A stretch of 24,000 bases of DNA from Methanobacteriota archaeon (GTDB lineage: Archaea; Thermoplasmatota; Thermoplasmata; RBG-16-68-12; JAFNFQ01). A program made the translations under genes and the position numbers. The notes below the pieces were generated by a model. That model was not told the DNA's origin and did not search any database. It saw nothing but the letters and a program-made list of their open reading frames with translations. Positions within the stretch are counted from its first letter, which is position 1. Each line of letters starts with the position of its first letter. The stretch lies in NCBI GenBank assembly GCA_017885655.1, contig JAFNFQ010000029.1, positions 2,061 through 26,060 on the forward strand. The letters are read 5' to 3'. Positions 8,125 through 12,715 of this stretch are shown here, piece after piece.

Positions 8125-8138
8125 GTGGACATGTCCAT
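8125..8138. promoter_or_regulatory. GTGGACATGTCCAT palindrome (12-bp perfect core) adjacent to a TATA-like box; candidate operator
   Basis: It lies 4 nt distal to GATTAAAG (8113-8120; CTTTAATC on the gene strand), about 38 nt upstream of ATG 8079. Thirteen of its 14 nt match 4556-4569. Confidence 0.4.
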
Positions 8139-8336
8139 ATGTCCGAACTGACTGGTTTCCCCCCATGCGTGTCGGGTCCGCCGCGCGTCAGAATCACCGC
8201 GCTCGGTGACACTCCTACCACTCTTCGTGCAACTTTGCGCACATTGAGGCTCCTCAAGAGAACTCGTTAATCATTGTCAGGCGTCCGCCGAATCCTGTCC
8301 ATGTGTGCAGTTCTCGCAAGATAGCAGCCGCCGCCT

Positions 8337-8879
8337 TTGCCACATCCTCTGAGGTTTCCTTCAGCTTGGACCGCCACGGACTCCGGCTGCGGTGTGAACG
8401 TCACGATGTACAGGATAGACGGCGGGAGCTGGACGGTCTACACAGGCGGCTTCACCCTTGCCGAGGGGGAGCACACCATATTCTACTACTCGATCGACAA
8501 CCTGGGCAACGTCGAGCAGGAGAGGTCGCTGGCCGTCAGGCCGACGACTGAAGTGGCGGTGAACTACAAGCCGATGATGGCGCTGTTGTTCGCTGTCATC
8601 CTGCTCGTGGCGGGAGTATGGTCGTCCAAGAAGAGACCATGGAAAGGCGGGAAGGAAAAGAAATCGGTATTAAAGGCCTTCGTTCTCACGTCGTTGCCCT
8701 TCGTTCTTGTCGAGGCCGCCACGGGCATCCTCTCCCTCCCGTTCGAGCCTCTCAGGATCCCGCCTCTGGTCGGTTGGGGCGCGGGCGTGGACTGCACCAT
8801 ATTGGCGGCTGGCCTCCTCTTCCTTGTCGATAGGTTGGTTTGGAAACATGAAAGCAAGGTCGAGCAATCTCCCAGCTGA
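8337..8879 (+). CDS. Ig-like surface-protein module plus three TM helices; probably the orphaned C-terminal anchor of a larger surface protein
   Basis: The frame opens at 8325; the first starts are TTG 8337 and ATG 8406. There is no signal peptide. The domain pattern W.A.D..G.GV....YRIDGG.W..Y......EGEHTI.YYS.D..GN.E is typical of repeated modules in large cell-surface proteins. A TM helix and a Lys-rich inside loop (SSKKRPWKGGKEKK) follow. Confidence 0.5.
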   Translation: MPHPLRFPSAWTATDSGCGVNVTMYRIDGGSWTVYTGGFTLAEGEHTIFYYSIDNLGNVEQERSLAVRPTTEVAVNYKPMMALLFAVILLVAGVWSSKKRPWKGGKEKKSVLKAFVLTSLPFVLVEAATGILSLPFEPLRIPPLVGWGAGVDCTILAAGLLFLVDRLVWKHESKVEQSPS

Positions 8880-8880
8880 G

Positions 8881-8973
8881 CCGCAATCTACTTCAGCAGG
8901 TTCGCGATAGGGTTGCACAAGCATCCCTCCACAACAAGGCCGTCCTCTTTGATTATGGACGGCCATATTTTTT
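8881..8973 (+). repeat. Copy B of the ~92-nt dispersed repeat (hairpin plus T6); may act as terminator of 8337..8879
   Basis: Starts 2 nt after the stop codon. Hairpin GGCCGTCC (8938-8945) / GGACGGCC (8957-8964), followed by TTTTTT (8968-8973). Relative to copy A the stem changes are paired or wobble-compatible. Confidence 0.7.
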
Positions 8974-9111
8974 CATATTCGTGCTGGGCCTGTCTGCCGA
9001 TTGTTAACAGGCGTGGATGTGCAGCTATCAACGCCCACAGACCTGCAGTGGCAACCCCCTCTGGATTCCTCTCCGCAGGAGCGACAGCACACGCACCGAC
9101 AACAGAAACCC

Positions 9112-9118
9112 TAAATAG
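9112..9118 (+). promoter_or_regulatory. TATA-like box (TAAATAG) of the Ubl operon
   Basis: Lies 31 nt upstream of ATG 9149. AGGTG (9140-9144) lies 4 nt before the ATG. The same heptamer precedes the SBBP gene at 16468-16474. Confidence 0.45.
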
Positions 9119-9148
9119 CGCGCTCAACATGGCAAACTCAGGTGTCTC

Positions 9149-9394
9149 ATGCCCCAAGTCGTGCTGCGTTTTGTCTTCATAAGTGAAGCGGAAAAGCCCG
9201 TGGTCACCCTCAAGGTCCCCGACGACATGCTCTTCCAGGAAGCCTTCGTCCTGGCCGCGAAGAGGCAGAACAAGGATGCGACGGTGCTCAGCGCGACCTT
9301 CCCCGGCGGCTCGCCGATCCCAGGCGGCACGGTGAAGGAGATTGCGGAGAGGAGCACCAACATCCACGTGATAGATCCCTCGATCGTCGGGTGA
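9149..9394 (+). CDS. UFM1-like ubiquitin-fold modifier, encoded with an exposed C-terminal Val-Gly
   Basis: The 81-aa product has beta-grasp length and pattern. ..KPVVTLKVPDDMLFQEAFVLAAKRQNKDATVLSA....G..I.P..TVKEI....STNIHVIDPSIVG* parallels human UFM1 (..[33 protein letters not shown]...G.[30 protein letters not shown], quoted from memory). It has its own TATA box and SD site. Confidence 0.75.
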   Translation: MPQVVLRFVFISEAEKPVVTLKVPDDMLFQEAFVLAAKRQNKDATVLSATFPGGSPIPGGTVKEIAERSTNIHVIDPSIVG

Positions 9395-9397
9395 GGC

Positions 9398-9868
9398 ATG
9401 GCCAAGGAAGACGACCTCTTCTACTTTCTCCAGTGCGCGACAGTCGCCTCGCCGCGAGACGATTCTTGGCTCTTGCGGGCGAAGGAGGAGAGGTACGCCC
9501 TCAGGAGGTTCGAGGAGTACCTGAGGTTTCTGGAAGGCGGGAAGTGGTTCAGCCTCAGCCCGACCGGGGACAAGGCGACTAGCTGGACCGGCACGGTATT
9601 CGACGGCCCGCACTCCTGGGACATAGAGCTCGTCCTGAAGGACGCCTATCCCCAGACGCCTCCCGCCTGCCGCATCCCCGAGCTGATGAACTACACCGAC
9701 CGCAAGGTGGACGACGGTGTGCTCGGGCTGAGGCTCTGCGACATGCACATGGAGCAGAACTACTGGTGGGACGACTACTGCAGCATCGCGCTCTACCTGA
9801 AGAGGGAAGTCTCTTACTGGGTGCAGAGCGTGGTCAAGGACATGAGGGGGAAGGGATGGCTTGACTGA
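9398..9868 (+). CDS. UFC1-like E2 (ubiquitin-fold modifier conjugating enzyme)
   Basis: UBC-fold pattern without an HPN motif. [22 protein letters not shown]..., [27 protein letters not shown] and LRLCDMH parallel human UFC1 [49 protein letters not shown] and KICLTDH (active Cys), quoted from memory. SD GGTGAGG overlaps the upstream stop. Confidence 0.75.
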   Translation: [156 protein letters not shown]

Positions 9869-10616
9869 GCGATACGCGCGTCTCAAGATATTCCCGTTCG
9901 CGGACTTCTCGAAGCTGAAGGAGAAGAAGGTGACCGTCGTCGGCGTCGGCGGCCTCGGCGCGACCTGCGCGGAGATCATGACGCGCTGCGGCGTCGGGCG
10001 CCTGACAATCTTCGACTTCGACAAGCTCGAGGAAGCGAACCTGAACAGGCTGATCTACAGGACTCACCAGGTAGGCATGTTCAAGGTGGACGCGCTCAGG
10101 GAGTACCTCCTCGCGGCGAACTCCGACGTTGAGCTTCTCACCTATCCTAACGACGTCACCGACGGCAAGGGATACGATGCCCTCCTGAAAGAGGCGAGGG
10201 AGTCAGACCTCGTCCTCGGATGCGTCGACTCGTTCCACGTCCGCATATTCCTCAATTCCCTGTGCGTGAGGCTGAAGGTCCCCCTCATCGACGGCGGAGC
10301 CTCCCTTGACGGAATCAACGGTTCGGTGCATTCGATCATCCCCGGCAAGACGCCCTGTTACCGCTGCAACAAGCCCGCCTTGAAGGATGACAGCACAACG
10401 GACCTGAAGAAGGCCGGAGACGGCGCCTGCCACTTCACTTCCCTCCCCACCACCATGGGCATCATCGCGAGCCTGCAATGTCAGGAAGCGCTGAAGTACC
10501 TCCTCGGCTTCGGCAATGTCGCGCCTTACATCCTCTACTATGGCCTGGAGGGGAAGATGCAGAGGTACAACTGGAAACGGGATCCCAAGTGCCCGGTCTG
10601 CGGTGGTGTGAAGTGA
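9861..10616 (+). CDS. UBA5-like E1 (single ThiF/MoeB-type adenylation domain)
   Basis: TTG start overlaps the E2 gene by 8 nt; it is the only start upstream of the conserved ERYARL. Nucleotide loop [39 protein letters not shown]. Mg-binding Asp in LGCVDSF. Zinc site CYRC...CPVC. [17 protein letters not shown] matches the UBA5 catalytic-Cys region GVCAASLPTTMGVVAG (from memory). Confidence 0.85.
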   Translation: [251 protein letters not shown]

Positions 10617-11572
10617 CGGTCAGCGTGCGCATGCAGCGGAGCGCGTTGCGCAAGATCAACATGCACGTGAACGAGGTCGCGCGGTCGCGAGGCGTCGAGA
10701 CGATCGGCTGGCTCCTCGGCTTCTTCGGGAGGAGCGAGGTCTGGGTCTGCGACTCGGTCCCCTGCACCCGGTACAAGTCGCAGAGCAGGTACGGCGCTCA
10801 TGCGGATGCGAGAGAGGAGGTCGAGCTGGCGATGCAGTACCCCCGGAACGTGGGCATCGTCGGCATCTTCCACAGCCATCCCTTCAGGGGCGAGACGGAG
10901 CACGCGGTGTTCCACAGCGCGACTGATGACAGCACGCTGAAGTCCAGAGCCTCCCGCCACGAGAACTACCTGAGCGTTGTGACGGACGGGACGGACACGG
11001 AGTTCTTCGTGCTCAGGGACGGCGCGCAGCCGGTGAAGCCGGAGATCGTCGAATCGATATCCTACAGGGAGGAGATGAAGTCCTACCGCTGCCCGCTCGC
11101 TTTCAGGCTGAGGCGGGAGACGAGCCTGCCCAGAGTCGACTTCGTGCCCGGCTACCTGGAGCAGGAGATGCTCGCGCTCGTCGAGAGGGACCTGCGGGGC
11201 GATGGCCTCAGGGTCAAGAAGGACTCGAACACGATCGAGGTGCCCGCGCTCCAGGGCGGGGCGGAATCGAACTCCCTGGTCATCACGAAGACCGGCTCGA
11301 CCGCCATGATAGAGCTGGAGATGATCCTGGAACCAATGGTTTTCGTCCGTGGCGGGAACGCGGAGGAGCTGCGCACCGCCGTGAAGAACGAGATACTGGA
11401 CGATGTGGTGTTCCTCCTATGGAACAGCCTCGGCGGCGGGAGTACCTCGCTCGATGGCGTCAAGAGCTTCGAGGCGAACCTCGGCAGCTTCCGCGTGCAC
11501 GAGACGAGCCCACTGCCAAGGAAGATATTCAAGCCGCCCAGGGGATCCGCGGTACTAGTCCGCGAAGGATAG
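10613..11572 (+). CDS. JAB/MPN+ (JAMM) metalloprotease with an uncharacterised ~180-aa C-terminal domain
   Basis: GTG 10613 overlaps the E1 stop as GTGA and is preceded by GGTGGTG; the alternative start is ATG 10631. JAMM elements: Glu in GVETIGWLLG, then FHSHP...(12 aa)...SATD. The rest of the protein (from ~SISYREEMK to the end) matches nothing I recognise. Confidence 0.8.
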   Translation: MTVSVRMQRSALRKINMHVNEVARSRGVETIGWLLGFFGRSEVWVCDSVPCTRYKSQSRYGAHADAREEVELAMQYPRNVGIVGIFHSHPFRGETEHAVFHSATDDSTLKSRASRHENYLSVVTDGTDTEFFVLRDGAQPVKPEIVESISYREEMKSYRCPLAFRLRRETSLPRVDFVPGYLEQEMLALVERDLRGDGLRVKKDSNTIEVPALQGGAESNSLVITKTGSTAMIELEMILEPMVFVRGGNAEELRTAVKNEILDDVVFLLWNSLGGGSTSLDGVKSFEANLGSFRVHETSPLPRKIFKPPRGSAVLVREG

Positions 11573-11977
11573 CTTCGCCCCGCACTTCGCGCAGAACCTG
11601 TCCTCCTCCTCCACCTCGTTGTTGCACGCCGTGCACTTGAGCACCGCGGGGTTGCCGCACTTCCCGCAGAAGTTGTCGCCCACCTGCATCGGCGTCCCGC
11701 ACTTCCTGCAGATCGCCGCCGGAGGCATGGCGGGCGCGCCCCTCGACCTGCGGTAGCAGTCCCTGCATGTGTACTCGATCACTCCCTTGACCTCGACCTC
11801 CATGTACTTGTCCCTCTCGAGACCGCAGACGGTGCAGAACGGATTGATCTTCTTTGTCGAGAAGTCGACGATGCGCAACTCGGGCTTTGGCGGGACTACG
11901 GGGACTTCTGGGGCCTGTTCTTCGGCCTGCTCCTGAGGTTCCTCCATCTCGCCTTCTTGCTCTTCATCGGGGGGCAT
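11555..11977 (-). CDS. Multi-zinc-ribbon protein with an acidic N-terminal tail
   Basis: ATG 11977, with GTATTTTATG (12005-12014) about 30 nt upstream. The N-terminus is Glu/Pro-rich. Three CxxC...CxxC units follow (CTVC..CRDC; CRKC..CGKC; CTAC..CAKC), typical of double-zinc-ribbon modules. The 3' end overlaps the JAB gene by 18 nt. Confidence 0.75.
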   Translation of the reverse strand: MPPDEEQEGEMEEPQEQAEEQAPEVPVVPPKPELRIVDFSTKKINPFCTVCGLERDKYMEVEVKGVIEYTCRDCYRRSRGAPAMPPAAICRKCGTPMQVGDNFCGKCGNPAVLKCTACNNEVEEEDRFCAKCGAKLSFAD

Positions 11978-12203
11978 GATGTTACTTTACTACCCCCGCG
12001 CGCACATAAAATACTTTGCCGCATGGATCCAAGTTGGGCTGCAATGAATTCGGTTTCTGCTCTTTCCCGTGCGTAAGGAATGAACGCGGACTCAGACGCT
12101 AGGTGAGTCAAGATGATTGTCCCGAACAGAAAGGACGGCGGCATCGAACGGGGAAGCTTGGAGGGGCGTGCCCAATTTGAGCTTATCTCGCGACAACCGG
12201 CGC

Positions 12204-12510
12204 GAGCCACCTCAAGGCTGGTGCCGGCCTTCGCACGACCGTGCTGGACTTCCGCTCGTCTGGATCCTGTCTCCGCGCGACCGCGCGGAACGTCCGAACA
12301 ACCGTGCGGAACCTCCAATCGTACGCGCGGAACGTCCGGACGGAAGAAACCGCCCTTTTCGACATCAGAGGGGCTGTTCGAGCGGTCGCCGGCAACCGCC
12401 GGACGACTATCCGCGACCTCCGAACGACCGGATTTCGGCCGGTTTCGGCCCAAAAATGCCCGTGACAGCCGCCCGACGCCTCCGCACAGACGCGCGGAAC
12501 CTCCGCGCGA
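12204..12510. repeat. Phased 21-bp degenerate tandem-repeat array I (~15 units, consensus about GAACSTCCGMAC-GACCGYGCG)
   Basis: Unit starts read by hand at 12204, 12225, 12246, 12267, 12288, 12309, 12330, (12351 poor), 12372, 12393, 12414, (12435, 12456 poor), 12476, 12497. The best units are 12288 GAACGTCCGAACAACCGTGCG, 12309 GAACCTCCAATCGTACGCGCG and 12330 GAACGTCCGGAC... The array lies in a ~740-nt gene-free gap. Confidence 0.7.
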
Positions 12511-12715
12511 CCGAGCGGCGACAGGAACCAGCGCGCCGGAAACAGACTGCGATAGGAAGAAAACAGACGGCGAACCGTCGGCACCGGCGGTCGGTCAGCC
12601 GGGACACGCCATCTGCTGCTCGATTTCCGCCTCCGTGTGGTTTCTCCTCGCCGAGGGCGGGGCGGCGTCCGCGCATGATCATCCAGATAACAGATGGAAT
12701 CTGGTCGGCACTCGA

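Noticed and set aside
8888-10024. 378-aa ORF on the minus strand spanning the Ubl and E2 genes
   Set aside because: It is antisense to three plus-strand genes with clear family motifs, SD sites and coupled starts. Its product is low-complexity (Pro/Arg/Val-rich) with no motif. This is the typical stop-poor antisense frame of GC-rich coding DNA.
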